From assembly GCA_038087875.1 (NCBI GenBank), contig CM075989.1, forward strand, positions 9,426,001-9,490,000: a stretch of 64,000 nucleotides of DNA, in the 5' to 3' direction. The position numbers and the translations under genes are program-made. The stretch comes from Malacoraja senta. Lineage: Eukaryota. The notes under the pieces are model-generated. The model saw only the letters and a list, made by a program, of their open reading frames with translations. It ran no database searches and was not told where the DNA came from. This document shows, one piece after another, positions 25,436 to 38,883 of this stretch. Every line of letters starts with the position of its first letter. Positions within the stretch are counted from its first letter, which is position 1.

Positions 25436-26579
25436 ACCCTGCGATAATGAAACATTACCGGCATCTGCAATTTTAGTTTTTGATTTACGAACATAATCTC
25501 AGTGCCTTGGTAATTTATATGCACCCATAACAAATTCAAAGCAACTTCCTTGCCAACGTGCCCATGACATCTTAAAGGAAGTTGTGCTTTTGCCAATAAT
25601 TATGAAGGCGTTGGCTTTAAAATACAGAAGATGCTGGAAATGTTTTGGGGTCTGGAGTCTTTAAAACTAAGTAACAACTCTCGGTTGCTAAGCATCTCAT
25701 TTGTCCTCTACAAGCAAAGTACGTGGGCAACAAGCGGACGGCAAACTGACTAACATTCCCATAACCCCATCGTGACTTCTCCATACGTTATGACTCCCAG
25801 AGGAATATTCTGCACTGTATATAGGGCTACAATGTTAGATCGTTAGAGAGAGCTCTCATGAAAATCAATGTGATATCACTGGATCATTAGTAATTGGTTG
25901 AAGAATAAATGTTGGAAAGATATAAAGGATACGTCCCCCCATTTTTCAAATTAGATCAGTGTTTTTCCATTCAAGCTGAGAGCCCCGAGGCATTCTCAAG
26001 ACTGCACGGGGGGGCGTTAGACTTTCAGCTCAAGTGAGGCTTAATTCAGAAGTGAATGAATCTCCCATTGAGCCAACATCAACTTCCTGACTTGCTCTGT
26101 TTTCCTCTGGAGGTTGGATGCAGATGAGTCGAGCACATTGCTCTGGCAGAGCTGGCTGACTGACTGTGGAGCAAATCCAGGCGGAGGAATCTGATGTGCG
26201 ACTCGAGCCATTGTTTGCCTTGGGCGGGACTGTGCAGGGTTGGCCTGTTGGCACGGGGACCGGTTGGGGCCCTCGGCTGTCAGGCAGACGCGACTGGTTC
26301 TTCAGGATGTGAACTCAGACCGTGGGAGAGATCAAACGCATTTCTTAGAGAGAAAACCGCAACCCTGTGGCTGGGATGTTGCCCAGTTTGCCTTGGCTCT
26401 GCAGGTGAATGGATCTGTCAATTAATTACATTGAGCATTGAAACCTATTGCAGGAGAATGGCTGCTGCCCTCTTGCCTCCCTCCTCCACAAAGCAGCTGG
26501 TGCTAGCGTCAGGCCTCAAAGCTAAATGACCATGCTGGAGAGGTACTGAACATCTGGTGGAACTGTGTCTGTACAGTTG

Positions 26580-27066
26580 AGCTCAGTTCAGAGATACAGC
26601 GTGGGGTCACTGAGCCGACTCCATTGAGTGATCACCCATACACTAGTTCTATCCTGCACACGAGAAACAACTTGCAGAAGCCAATTAACCTACAAATCTG
26701 CACATCACGGAATGTAGGTGGAAACCGGAGCACCCGAAGAAAACCCTCGCAGTCACGGGGAGAATGTGCAAACTCCGTACAGACAGCACCTGTAGTCAGA
26801 AACGAACCCGGGTCTCTGGCACTGTAAAGGGCCTGTCCCACTTTCACGACCTAATTCACGACCTTTTTTACTCGTGGACATTTTTCATCAGGCTAGAAAA
26901 ACGCCCCGACCTACTTGATGCCACGAGTACCTACGACTAGCATCACGACCTACCTACAATCTCCTACGACCATGCTACGAGTATGAGTCGAGGGCAAACT
27001 CGGCAGAGGTCGTGAATTAGGTTGTGAAAGTGGGACAGGCCCTTAAGAGGCTGCACTGTGCCGCCC
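26580..27066 (-). mobile_element. V-SINE interrupted by a MITE
   Basis: SINE body 26580-26827; head resumes after 27046 (ctgcactgtgccgccc). Confidence 0.85.
26828..27043. mobile_element. MITE, probably PIF/Harbinger
   Basis: TIRs AGGGCCTGTCCCACTTTCACGACCTAATTCACGACC and GGTCGTGAATTAGGTTGTGAAAGTGGGACAGGCCCT; TAA on both flanks. Confidence 0.9.
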
Positions 27067-28139
27067 ATCCTGCAAGTGTAGAGTGGCAGAGACCCAGCAC
27101 AGTTTATGCTCTTGGGTGGTGCTACAAATATCAACAATGCCTTCAGCTGCTTGGTCCCTCCTGACAATTCCCCTCCCTCCCCTACAACCCTCTACCTCTC
27201 CCCCTTTATAGCTCAACTTAAAACTCGTATCAAAGTAGAAGCAAGGAACTGCAGATGCTGGTTTACAAAAAAAAAGGCACAAATTGCTGGAGTAACTCAG
27301 CGGGTCAGGCAGCAACTCTGGAGAACAAGGATGGATGACATTTCGGATCGGGATCCTCCTTCAGGTACTGAAACCACCTATCCATATTCTCCAAAGATGC
27401 TGTCTGAACTGCTAAGTTATTCCAACAGATAGACACAAAGTGCTGGAGCAACTGAGTGGTTCAGGCAGCATCTCCGAACCTGGAAGGTCGGAACCCTTCT
27501 TCAGACGTTATTCTGACTGTTTTTGGAACTGGGTATCTTTGGCTAAGATTTTGGTTCCATCTTTGTGCCTTTGTAGCCCAGTCCATAGATGCTCCATGTA
27601 GCATCCCAGAGATATTGTACAGCATACACAGTATCGACATCAGGATCTGATGGAAGGTTTCCCATGTGAAACTCTAACTCGGTTTCTCACGCCACAGATG
27701 TTGCCCGACCTGCTGAGTGTTTCGAGCATTCTCAGTTCTAATCCAAACTTGGGTTCAATTACGTTCAGGAGGCTTCATTGCATGGCCCTCTCGCGCACCC
27801 TCTCCATTGAATTCCTGCCACAACCCTCACGCTGCTAATTATAAAGCAAACTGAGCCACAATCAACCTGCTGGAGGAATTGAGCAGGTCCAAGCATTGAG
27901 CTTGGGGAGGGGAAAGCAACAGTCGATGCTTCCGGTCAAGATCCAATACTGCAGGGGTTTGATCTGAGACAGTGACAGTTCCTCCCCACAGATGGTACTC
28001 AGCTCACTGAATTCCTCCAGCAGATTGTTGGTTGCTGCAGATTTAAACACCTGTAATCTCTTGTCTTTAAAAAGCAAACAGACCTATCCAACTGGTTGGT
28101 TAAACTAAAAAAAAATCTATCCAATTTACCGTTTCAGTA

Positions 28140-29105
28140 CGAGCTTAACCCGAGCAAGTGTGAGGTGTTACACTTTGGGCAGTTGAATGTAGAGGGTGTA
28201 TTGTTAATGACAAGTCCATTAACAGCATTGATGTGCAGAGGGATATGCAGTTTAAGTTCATAGCTCACTGAAGGTGGCAGCATAAGTAGATAGTGTGGAT
28301 ATCAAAGAAATATGGTAAGTTTGCCTTCATTGCTAGGGGCATTGAATACATCAGGAAGTCATGGTGCCACTTTGGTGTCACCGAGTCAGGACTTTGGTTA
28401 GGCCACATTTGGAATATTGCATGCAGTTCTGGTCTCCCCATTACAGGAAAGATGTGGAGGCTTTGGAGATGAAGTGGTTTTTACGAGAAGGCTGCCTGGA
28501 TTATGGGTTTCAGATACAGGAAGAAGTTGTATAGACTTGGATTTTTTTTCCTGGAACGTCGGAGCTTGTCGGGAGACTTGATAGAAGTATATAAAATTAT
28601 GAAAAGCATGGATACAGTAAGCAGCCTCATTCCCAGAGTGGAAATGTCAATACTAGAGGGCATAGCATGGGGGGGGGGGGGGCGCCATGAGGGGAAGAAC
28701 AATGGAGGACCCGGCGTGGGGGGACTGCTGTGAGGGGGGGTGGGGTTAGAACAAAAGGAGGAGCCGGCGTGCTTTGTAACGTTGTCAGCGCTGTAGGTGC
28801 CCGCTATTTGTATACATTGAGCATGTAAGCACAGAATCTCACTGCCTATTCCATTCATCCATAAGGTGAGAGGGGGAAAGTTTAATAGATTTTTTTTTTA
28901 ACATATTGTGGTGGGGGCCTGGAACGCATTGCCAGGGACGGTGGTGGAGGCAGATACGATAGGGGTGTTTGAAGGGATTTTGGATAGACTCATGAAAGTT
29001 CAAGGAACTGAGGGATAAGGATCATGCACAGGCAGATGAGATCAGTTTAACTTGTCATCATGTTCACAGATGGGCCGTTCCTGCGCTGTACTGTTCTATG
29101 TACTA
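28140..29105 (+). mobile_element. CR1 LINE RT and 3' end with nested short insert
   Basis: [26 protein letters not shown]. Confidence 0.85.
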
Positions 29106-29326
29106 ACTCTGGGTCAGGCTGCATCTGCTGCTTGACCCGGAGTTAGCACCTAGAACAGTACAGTACAGGTTTGATTACTTTTCAAGTCCATGCCCTTCAG
29201 TCAGAGTGTGAAGAAGGGCCCTGATCCGGAATGTCTTCAGTCCATTCCCTGCACAAACACTGCCTGACCCATTGAGTTCCTCCAGCATTTTCATTTTTGC
29301 TGAAGATTCCACCATCTTGGCATGAG

Positions 29327-29632
29327 TGTGCCACAGGGACACAGCAGTAGGGTTGCTGCCTTACAGCGCCAGAGACCCGGTTTCGATACTGACTATGGGT
29401 GCTGTCGTTATGGAGTTTGTACGTTCTCCCCGTGACCATGTAGGTTTTCCCCGAATTCTCCGGTTTCCTCCAACACTGCAAAGACGTACGTACAGGTTTG
29501 TAGGTTAATTGGTTTCAGTTTAAAAAAATTGGAAGTTGTCCCTAGTGTGTAGGATAGGGCTAGTGTAGGGGGATCGTTGGTCGGTGGGTGGAAGGGCCTG
29601 TTTCTGTGCTGTATCTCTAAACTAAACTAAAT
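29327..29632 (+). mobile_element. V-SINE (HE1-like)
   Basis: tRNA-like head, V-domain, (TAAAC)n tail. Confidence 0.9.
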
Positions 29633-29769
29633 CTTCAGGTCCTTGTGCCTACCATATCTTTAACCATAGACCTGTGGAATGTATGTCCCTGCTGTGATTT
29701 ATTTTAACCCTGTTTGTGCCTCCAATTCCCAGTGGCTAATCATCATTCTTGGAGACTGCAAGATGATTC

Positions 29770-30120
29770 GATAGTGAAAGGCTTGCATAGAGTGGATGTG
29801 GAAAGGATATTTCCACTAGTGGGAGAGTCTAGGACTAGAGGTCATAGCCGCAGAATTAAAGAATGTTCTTTTTGGAAGATGAGGAGGAATTTATTTCGTC
29901 AGAGGGTGGTGAATCTGTGGAATTCTTTTCCACAGACGGCTGTGTAGACCAAGTTAGTGGATATATTTAAGGCAGAGATAGATAGATTCTTGATTAGTAC
30001 CAGTGTCAGGGGAGAAGGCAGGAGAAAGGGTTTAGGAGGGAGAGATAGATCAGCTGTGATTGAATGGCAGAATAGACTTGATGGGCCAAATGGCCTAATT
30101 CTGCTCCTATCACATGACCA
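29770..30120 (+). mobile_element. CR1 LINE 3' end (second family)
   Basis: KGLHRVDVERIFPLVGESRTRGHS...RVVNLWNS. Confidence 0.85.
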
Positions 30121-31412
30121 TATGATCGTTGATGTTTGGAAAATGCTGAGGATATTACTCTCCCCACAGCTGCAGCCCGACCTGCTGAGCACTTTCCAGC
30201 AGACATTTTGTTCTAAAGCTTTAGCTGAGATGGATTTTTTTTTGTAAACCAGCATCTGCAGTTCCTTATTTCTACAGCTCTCCTGCTTACCTTGTGTTGG
30301 ATGCCACAGCTGGGTGAGTATGTTGTGGGGGAGGGGGGGGATGTTGGTGCTGAGGATGCTTATAAGCGGTCCAACAACTGGCAGAAGAGAGACACAAAAT
30401 GCTGGAGGAAATAAGTCGGCAACTCTGGAAAAGGAATGGCTGATGTTTTGGGATTTCTTCAGACTGAGAGTCAGGGGAATGGAAAACTAGAGGTATGAAA
30501 AGATACAAAGAACAAATGAATAAAAGATATGAAAATATCAAATCAAAACTGCAACAATGATCAAGGAAAGGTGAAGACACAATGGGGAACGTTACCTATC
30601 GTTTTTTCTAGAGATACACCTGACCCGCTGAGTTACTCCAGTATTTTGGTATAAACCAGCATCTGCAGTTCCTTCCCACAAAAACGACTAGCAGGCCATG
30701 CACCCCTTCCTGCCTCCTGTTTTCAATCTTGTGCTTGCTCATATTTCCCCATCCCCCCCTCTCTCCACACTGACTATAATAATCCCTGCTGCATCATATC
30801 CTTACCATTAATAATAAATGACAAGAGATGGGTCAGCGGTTGCTCAGTATCTGCTGGCAGTGAAATGCAATCAGATGGCCGGATCTAAACCCGGACCCAG
30901 AGCAGAGTGTGAAGCACTCACCATTAATTGGGCCGCATCTCACTGTGAGCATCAAGGTGGGGCAGCTTTTCTCATCTGATCTTTGTCCTCAGTAGAATCA
31001 GCTCCTCACAGCCCTTTCAATACAGTTTGTGAAAACGCAGAGCAATAGGAAAAGGAAATTAAATCTGAGTGAACAAAGCAACAGGGCAGCCCCCTCGCCT
31101 GGTCCATACCCCTCTCCCTCTCGTTCTGCTCCCTCCGATGTTGCCTCTGTCACTCTGTGAGAGGTCAATGATCCACTGATCACTTTCTGTCCTTTAATAT
31201 TGTCCAGCAGCAGTTTCTGTTCAGTTTCTGTTCAGCACCAACCCCCCCCCCCCCCCCCCCGCCCCCTCCCCCCACAACATACTCACCCAGCTGTGGCATC
31301 CAACACAAGGCAAGCAGGAGAAATAAGGAACTGCAGATGCTGGTTTACAAAAAAAAAATAATCTGTTCAATTTAATTCAATCTAAGGACAGAAATTACTT
31401 TGAGAATGCAGT

Positions 31413-31723
31413 GGCGGTTCAGTGGCGCAGCAGTAGAGTTGCTGCCTGCCTCACAGCGCCAGAGTCCCGGGTTTGATCCTGACTACAGGTGTTGTCTGTA
31501 CGGATTCCAAACATTCTCCCCTTGACTGCCTGGGTTTTCTCCGGGTGCTCCGGTTTCCACCCACACTCCAAAGACGTGCGGGTTTGGAGGCTAATTGGCT
31601 TAAGTACAAATTGTAAATTGTCCCTATTGTGTAGGATAGTGTTAGCGTACGGCGTGATCGCTGGGCGGTGTTGACTCGCAGGGCCAAAGGGCCAGTTTCC
31701 ACGCTGTATCTCTAAACTAAACT
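31413..31723 (+). mobile_element. V-SINE (HE1-like), full length
   Basis: gtggcgcagcagtagagttgctgcct...ccactccaaagac...ctgtatctctaaactaaac. Confidence 0.9.
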
Positions 31724-34279
31724 GAGGTGGTTGTAAGTCAGTGTGTACGCAGTGGGGAGAGGGGCTGGAACCTGAGGCTGGTGGCTCTGCCAGAGTGTGG
31801 CTTCCGCTTGGCAAGGGTCCTCTCTGCTCCCAAGCCACGTGTCGCTGGCACCTCCCAGATTGCAGATATTTCTCCATGCGGGTTACACCGACCGCAGGTA
31901 GAAGTCCCTCATGACTGGCAGTTTCTCTCCATGGTGCATCAGCTGCACAACATCTCAGGTCAAAGTGTAGCTCAGGCCTAAAGGTGAAACCGCAGGATTC
32001 TGCTGCAGCTGTCTGGGCCCAGGTGCCCTGCACCAGGTGTGCTCAGCATTTCAAACTGGAAATTTAAAATCCATTCCTCAGGCGGTCCTTGCAGAATAGT
32101 CATTGGTGCTTTATTTGTCACTTATGCAACGGCACAGTGAAATTACTTTTGCATATATTACACATGCGGGTGCTGCAATTATTGCCGCATTATTCAAAGT
32201 TCAAAGTACGGTCGGCCCCCGTGCGTTCGAAGTTGTGGAGCAGTTCCCACGAACCAATATCCTTCTCCTCTCCCCCTCATCCAGCCACCTTTGTGTCCCG
32301 GTGGGGGCGAGGGTGAATCCTGGATCCGACCTTGAAGGCGCTTGAGGCATTAGCCTGGTTCACCCTCCTACTGGTCCTTGCTTCTCGTGTTGGACGTCTC
32401 CTGCTCCCTCCCGGTTACGCCGTCTGCTGAGCCTTTGGGCGGGTTCCTGGTCCCATCGACTGCCAAGGTCCACGTGATGGGGAGCTGGTAACATGTGCAA
32501 CAGGACTTGGCTTTACGGTTGCAACTCATTGTCTGATGCATTACAAGGTCATGTCTTTCATCCCACTTCTATCCTCGAAATCATATTTTGTCCAATCGTT
32601 TTAACATGTTCAATACAGTTATTTTCTTTCACTTTAACATGATGGGCATTGATTGTGCTTATTTTGTAGGCAAACGCAGAAGCCAATCTATGCACAGATT
32701 CCCTATAAAGGGATGGCATGCAGGACCAGCAACGTACGTTTTGGTGACACCAACAAGGTTTGTGTTGCTTGGGGCTCTTCTTCTAAAAATGGGCTGCCAT
32801 GTGCAATGTTTACCTGGCTCTGACGGCTGGCTTTCATTAATGCCCGATGCCCCTTGGTGATGCCAACAGAGACTCTGGCTGCCACCACCGCCCCCCCCCC
32901 ACCCCCACCCACCCGCTACTCCTCCAGGTTCAAGTCCAGGCCCGAAGGACCTGTTTCCATGCTGTATCTTTCGATGATTCAAAGACAAGCCCCAAGTTCC
33001 AAATTGCTCCGAGTGTGCAGGGAAGGGATGAGAAAGTGGGACAACATGGGACCAGTGTGTGAATGGGTGATCAATCGGTGGGCCGAAGGGCCTGTTTCCA
33101 TGTTGTATCTCCAAACTAAAATTAATCCTGACGTTCCATACAGTGATTAAAAAACACTCACTCTTAGTCCCAGTCTAAAGGCACTTTAAGGTCTCCCTAG
33201 TCCTCACCTTTCACCCCATCAGCCATCGCATACAGCTCCCTCTCACATACACAGACACTCTCTCGCACACAGACACAGACAGAATCTTGTCGCCTTCTCG
33301 GAAAGCATTCAGCCCTTGTCTATTGGTAGTTCACCGAAAGTCTATTTTTTCCAATTGCCCTGAAACTGAAGCCCGACTAGCACCTTTGATTTTTACAATC
33401 ATTGTTTTCCTTTCATGGAAAATCAAAACAAAAGCCAGAGGCAGGAGGTGAAGGGAGAGAGGGAGCGAGTGAGAGAGGCTGGACATCTCACACGACTAGA
33501 CTACTCATCCTCTGAGCCTAAGTAGGTCTGCCACCCAGTGGTCATTTGTATTACCTACACTCCCAAGAACCCAGTCTCTGGGCACTGTGCAGCAACAACG
33601 ATGCCAGCTGCACCACTGAAGCCATGGGTCCGTTAGAATAATATAATTTTGCAAATAGTTCATTCTATATATTCTGCACTCCTTATTCCCTAGCCTTGTA
33701 TCCTATCACTTACACCATAGTCTACCCCTTGGAGACACAAAAGACTACAGATGCTGGGATCTTGAGCAAACCGCAAAGGGCTGGCAGCATCTGTGGAAGG
33801 AATGGAAGACGATGTCGGGGGCTTTCTTCAAACTGGCTGTGGATGGAGTGGGAGCGTAAAGTCTGGCAAGCTATGGGTGGGTACAGGTGAGGGGACGTTG
33901 ATTGGCAGATGGGTGGAGTGTGGGCCCCCTTGCTGGGGTCTCCCTTCATTACGTCAGTTCGGCAGCAAACTCCAGACTCTATCTGTTTGTGAGGGCACCT
34001 CAAGGAAGGGGACTTCCTCTCTGACCACGGCGCTCCACGTGTGCTGGAGGTCAAATAGGGGATGGGAGGATGACTGGAGGAGCGTTTGAACGGAACTGTT
34101 AAATTTAGAATGAAGCTTGTATCAGTAATGACAACTGCAAAACTCCCAGATTGTCGTTTCAAAAGCCACCCAGTTCAATCATGTCTTTAGGGAAGGATAT
34201 TGTCCAGTTTGGTTTATATGTGACCCTGGACCCATCCTACCATGGTTGGCTCTAAAATGCCCTCAGAATGTGTTTAAAT

Positions 34280-34560
34280 TTTAGACTTTAGACATACAGT
34301 GTGGAAACAGGCCCTTCTGCCCATCGAGCCCAGTGATCACTCCCGTACACGAGCTCTATTCTACGCACTAGGGACAATTTTACAATTTTTTATTGAAGCC
34401 AATTAACTTACAAGCCTGCACATCTTTGGAATGTGGGAGGAAACCGGAGCACCAGGAGAAAACACACGTGGTGGCAGGGAGAACGTACAGACAGCACCCA
34501 TGGTCAGGATCGAACCCGGGTCTTAGGAGCTGCAAGGCAGCAACTCTACTGTTGTGCAAC
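34280..34560 (-). mobile_element. V-SINE (HE1-like)
   Basis: Consensus match. Confidence 0.85.
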
Positions 34561-35414
34561 GAAGGGCAACAAATGCAGGCTTTACCTGTGATTCCCGCTT
34601 TCCTGAGAAAATAAACGGTGCTATTGAGGCCTAGCATAGGTACGATGGGCCGAATGGCCCCTCTCTGTGCTGCATTGTTCATTGGAGGAGATTCATTTGT
34701 GGCAGTGATTTTGCCGATTGTACCAGGGCACAGATGAGGAGGAAGGTGGCAGGAATGTGGTCCAATCCGCCCCCTCCCCCACATCCTTTGAACCACACTG
34801 CTGAATCCCTGGAAGGCCAAAAGCTTGGCCCCAGAACCCTGGGAAATGTTGGGAAGCTGAGGAGAACAAAGAGCTGTTGTGCAGTCGGGGTCTGTGCGTG
34901 CAGTCGGTCAAGGCCTGTGTGAAAGACTGCCTTGTGTGAATGGCCTTTGACCTGACACGACAGCTCTGACTTTGCAGCCAGTATCTTGTGAGTTACCCAG
35001 CGGAGTTTCTCGACATGTTTCTGTTAGGGAACACGGGCCATCCCGAGTCCGTGAATCCCGACTGCAGATAGTGAAAAGATGGGAAAAGCTCATTATTCCT
35101 TGCAATCAAATATAAAAAAGCTTGCTGAGGCCAAATGTCAGAAACACAAATTGTGACGGTGAATCGGTGGAGTGATTAAACTTTGGGGAAGTGAGCGCAA
35201 ATAACTTCTCAGGAATATGAGGGAACCAAATGTGTAATCAAATAAAATAATTCGAGGGATTAATCTTAAAAAGCAGGGCTGGAGACATTAATGGGGGTGA
35301 AGTCCTCGTATCCCCAGGTCTTGATAACTTTAATTCCAGAGGATATAAAGTAGTAGTCGCAGGGATACTGGATGCATTGGTTGTTATCTAACTAAATTCT
35401 TTAGATTACGGTAA

Positions 35415-35629
35415 AGGGCCTGCCCCACTTTCACGACCTAATTCACGACCTCTGCCGAGTTTGCCCTTGACTCATGCTCGCAGCATGGTCGTCACGAGGT
35501 CGTAGGTAGGTCGTAGCAGGTCGTGATGCTAGTCGTAGGTACTCGTGGCATCAAGTGGGTCGGGGCGTTTTTCTAGCCTGATGAAAAATGTCCACGTGTA
35601 AAAAAGGTCGTGAAAGTGGGACAGGCCCT
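35415..35629. mobile_element. MITE, same family as 26828-27043 in opposite orientation, inside an old CR1 fragment
   Basis: Internal sequence is the reverse complement of the 26.8-kb copy; flanks TAA and TTA; right TIR lacks one 12-nt subrepeat. Confidence 0.9.
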
Positions 35630-35923
35630 TTAGGTGTCTGTGCATTGGAGAGTGGTGAATGTGACTTCGCTATAAAAGGAGGGAGAGAGAGAGAACAGTG
35701 AATTATGGCCAAGTTAACTGCACATTAGCAAAAGCTGCAATTTGTCTTAAACCATGTGGTTACTGGGTCAATGGGATGGGACAAAATCAGCATGAATTTA
35801 TGGAAAGGCAATGATGTTTGACAAACCTACTGGAGTGTTTTGTATTGGTTTATTATTGTCACATGTATTGAGACACAGTCAAATCTTACTAAACCTGAAT
35901 ACATTCAAGCCCTGACACAAGTA

Positions 35924-36315
35924 GTAGATAGACACAAAATGCTGGAGTAACTCAGCGGGGCGAGCAGCATCTCTGGACAAAAGGAATGGGTGACGTTTCG
36001 GGTCGAGACCCATCAGGCTGAGAATCGGGGGAGAGGGAGTCTAGAGATATGAAGGGTAAAGTGTGAAGACGACAGATCAAAGCAGACGATGTTCAGAAAA
36101 TGTAGAATGGTTCATTGTTAGCTGAGGGGAAGGTGACAAGGAGGCATACAGTCAGTAAAATTAATCAGTAGGACAGTGAAACTAGTCATGTAGGGAGGAA
36201 CAGCTGATGCTGGTTTACATCAAAGGATCTCGACCCGAAACGTCACCCATTCCTTCTCTCCAGGGATGCCGCCTGTCCCGCTGAGTTCCTCCAGCATTTT
36301 GTGCCTATCTTCCTT
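35924..36315. mobile_element. Penelope-derived inverted-repeat element with 9-bp TSD
   Basis: ACACAAGTA at 35915-35923 and 36316-36324; inverted arms ~80 nt. Confidence 0.8.
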
Positions 36316-37611
36316 ACACAAGTACAACGGGTAGTGTAAAGAGAAATACACCAGGGTGCAGAATATAGTGTTATAGTGTTACAGTTCCAGAGAAAGTACA
36401 GATAAAAAAAGTGAAAAAATAAGTTTTGCTGATGTAACTGATAGAATGGATGAAGGGGAAATGTATGGAGTATTACAAGGATCAACGTTGGGCCTCAACT
36501 ATCCACAGTTTCTAGCAATGTCTATATGAGGGAACAGAATGTCATATTTGTAAACTTGCTGACAACACAACATTGGGTGGGGTTGTGAGTTATGAGAATG
36601 CAAACAAAAAACTCATGGCAGTTTAGATTCAACAAAATTCCCATTCTTGCTTTTACATCCACCCCTGGGCTCAGTCTCCTCCTGCACAGCACAGAAACAG
36701 GCCATTCGGCCCGCAATGTCCATGCCAAACATGTTGATTTAAACTAATCTCTGCCTGCACATGATCCCACAGGGGTCTGTTGGGTTGAATTGACAGTTTC
36801 TGTGTGTTAACATTCTATGTGGGAGCTGTGCCTTCAGCTGCCAAGGTCCTTAGCTTTGAACTCCCTCCCCAACCCCTTAGTTGGATATGGGCCAATTGCA
36901 GGCAAATGGGACGAGCATCTCATTGGCGTGGACAAGTTGGGCTGGAGGGCCTGTTTCCGTGCTGTATGACTCTGACTCCATCATCCTTTCAACCTCTCTC
37001 TTTAAGACATTGTTTGAAACCTCCTTCTCCTAACTTATGTCGCGTAACATCAACAGCAACTTGGAGGAAGACTTTGTTTGAGAATGTTTCTTTGAGGTGA
37101 CTCGGGGTGTTTTACCATTGATGGCGGTGCATAGATAGAAAATGGCAGTAAACATTTAAACTTATGCGCCTTGTAATCATGTCTTGTCTTTCGGCTGACT
37201 GGTTAGAGTGCAACAAAAGCTTTTCACTGTACCTCGGTACACGTGACAATAAACTCAACTCAAACCCAATGGTGGAAATCAAGAGTGCCAGAGGTATTTA
37301 CAGCGAGATAAAGTAATGTCTGGAGCCGTGACTTTACACTAAACCCTGCCTAGAGGAGAAGTTCAATTGGTGAGGTTAGACTGAGGATTAACGCAAGGAA
37401 GGTCATCACATGAAACATGGGCGTTACTTGTGTGGGTCAGGGAACAGCGAGACGTGATGTTCACCAGAGAGTTGGGCACTGTGATGGGGCATTCTTCTCA
37501 GGTGGTCCTCATAGGATGTTCTCATCTTGTAGAAGAAGCCGATCTCCAACCAGGCAGCAGATGGACCCACAGGTGAGATGGTGAGGAGCTGGAGTTGGAT
37601 TCTGAGGAAGC

Positions 37612-37709
37612 TCAGTAGTCCGCTGGTGGCAGAAGGATAGTCCGGATGAAGTCCTCGTATTTCACGATTCCATTCGGGGAGATATTGGCTTGTCGTAGCA
37701 GTTCATCCA
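37612..37709 (-). CDS. CALML4: CALML4 terminal coding exon (EF-hand 4)
   Basis: cttacag|TG GAT GAA; (V)DELLRQANISPNGIVKYEDFIRTILLPPADY-TGA. Confidence 0.94.
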
Positions 37710-38269
37710 CTGTAAGAACGAGGTGCAAAGTTTAGTTCAACACAAATATTTCTCTGCTGTTATAACTGTATCTAGGACATAGAACAAAGAACAGTGCGGT
37801 TCTATGTAGGCCTTCACACTACAATGTCTGTGCAGAACATGCTGCCAAGATAAACTAACCTCATCTGCCTGCACTTGATCCATTCTCTGCTTATCCATGT
37901 GCCTTTCTAAAAACCTCTTAAAAAACCCTCTTAAACCCACCGCCTCATCCCCACCTCCGTCTTAACTGTTGTCGAGGAGCTTGATCGGAAATGTCACCTA
38001 TTCCTTTTCCCCAGAGATGCTTCCTGACCTGTTGAGTTACTCCAGCCTTTTGTGTCTGCCCGTCCTAACGTCCACCTGCTCCTCCTTCTTGGGATGTATC
38101 CGATGTGGCCCCTTGTTGGCCCTGCCCTTCACCCAAGTCGTCATGGTTCCAGCATGAGGTGGGACATGGGGCCTGGTGGCTCCTGGCTCTGTGGAACCAA
38201 CATTGGAGAGCTCGAGAGCGGGGAGGCCTTCAGCCATGGCCCTGTGGTTGCATTCTGGCCTGGATCACC

Positions 38270-38522
38270 GGGGATTCATTCCCACTCCAGAGACCTGAGT
38301 GTGCAATCCAATCTGTAGCCCGAGCACAGCACTGAAGGAGGACGTGCCATGATTCTGATGATAAATTCAAACCTGGAGACTCCTTCTGGTGAGAGAAGAA
38401 AAGCCAACAAGCTCTCTCTGTGTCCTGACATTAACCAATATTTACATGTAATAATCTTGTAGCCAATAATAGCAGCCTATAATCTCACCATCCACTTCAT
38501 TGCTGTTTGTGGGATCTTGTGG
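38270..38522 (+). mobile_element. Old degenerate SINE, possibly DeuSINE (SacSINE1-like)
   Basis: cccactccagagacctgag...cagcactgaagga...gtcctg...ccaatattt...cattgctgtttgtgggatcttg resembles the recalled consensus. Confidence 0.45.
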
Positions 38523-38694
38523 GATTTGCCCCATTCCCTACACTCCAACAATGATCATGTCATTTCTACACTGGACGAGCTGCTGGTCATGTTGGTGATA
38601 AAAGACTTTGGAACAACTTGAGCTTGTGGAAGATGATATATAAATGCAAACCTCCCCTTTCGGAGCTCGGGGGTGATTTGTCTTGTTTCCTCAC

Positions 38695-38883
38695 CTTCCC
38701 TGTTGGTCAGCTTCTCTCCCATCTGGGTCAGCTTGGTCCTCAGCTCAGTGGCTGTTATGAAGCCTCTTTTCTCTTTGTCAGCCATCAACATGGCTTCCCG
38801 GATCTCTCTCTCGGGATCCTCCTGCTGTTGCTGCCGGTGGATGATGGTCAGGAAGGTTGAGAAATCCAGCTCGCCGTTTCTAT
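38695..38883 (-). CDS. CALML4: CALML4 exon 4 (EF-hands 2-3)
   Basis: gcaccag|AT AGA AAC GGC...GAA G|gtgag; 189 nt. (D)RNGELDFSTFLTIIHRQQQQEDPEREIREAMLMADKEKRGFITATELRTKLTQMGEKLTNRE. Confidence 0.95.

Noticed and set aside
26828..27043. Short repeated CACGACC units suggesting a CRISPR-like array
   Set aside because: Subterminal repeats within a TIR-bounded MITE in a eukaryotic genome; no repeat-spacer periodicity.
31419..32033. 204-aa minus-strand ORF and recurrent KPINLQ...ECGRKPEHPEK peptides
   Set aside because: Antisense translations of V-SINE copies.
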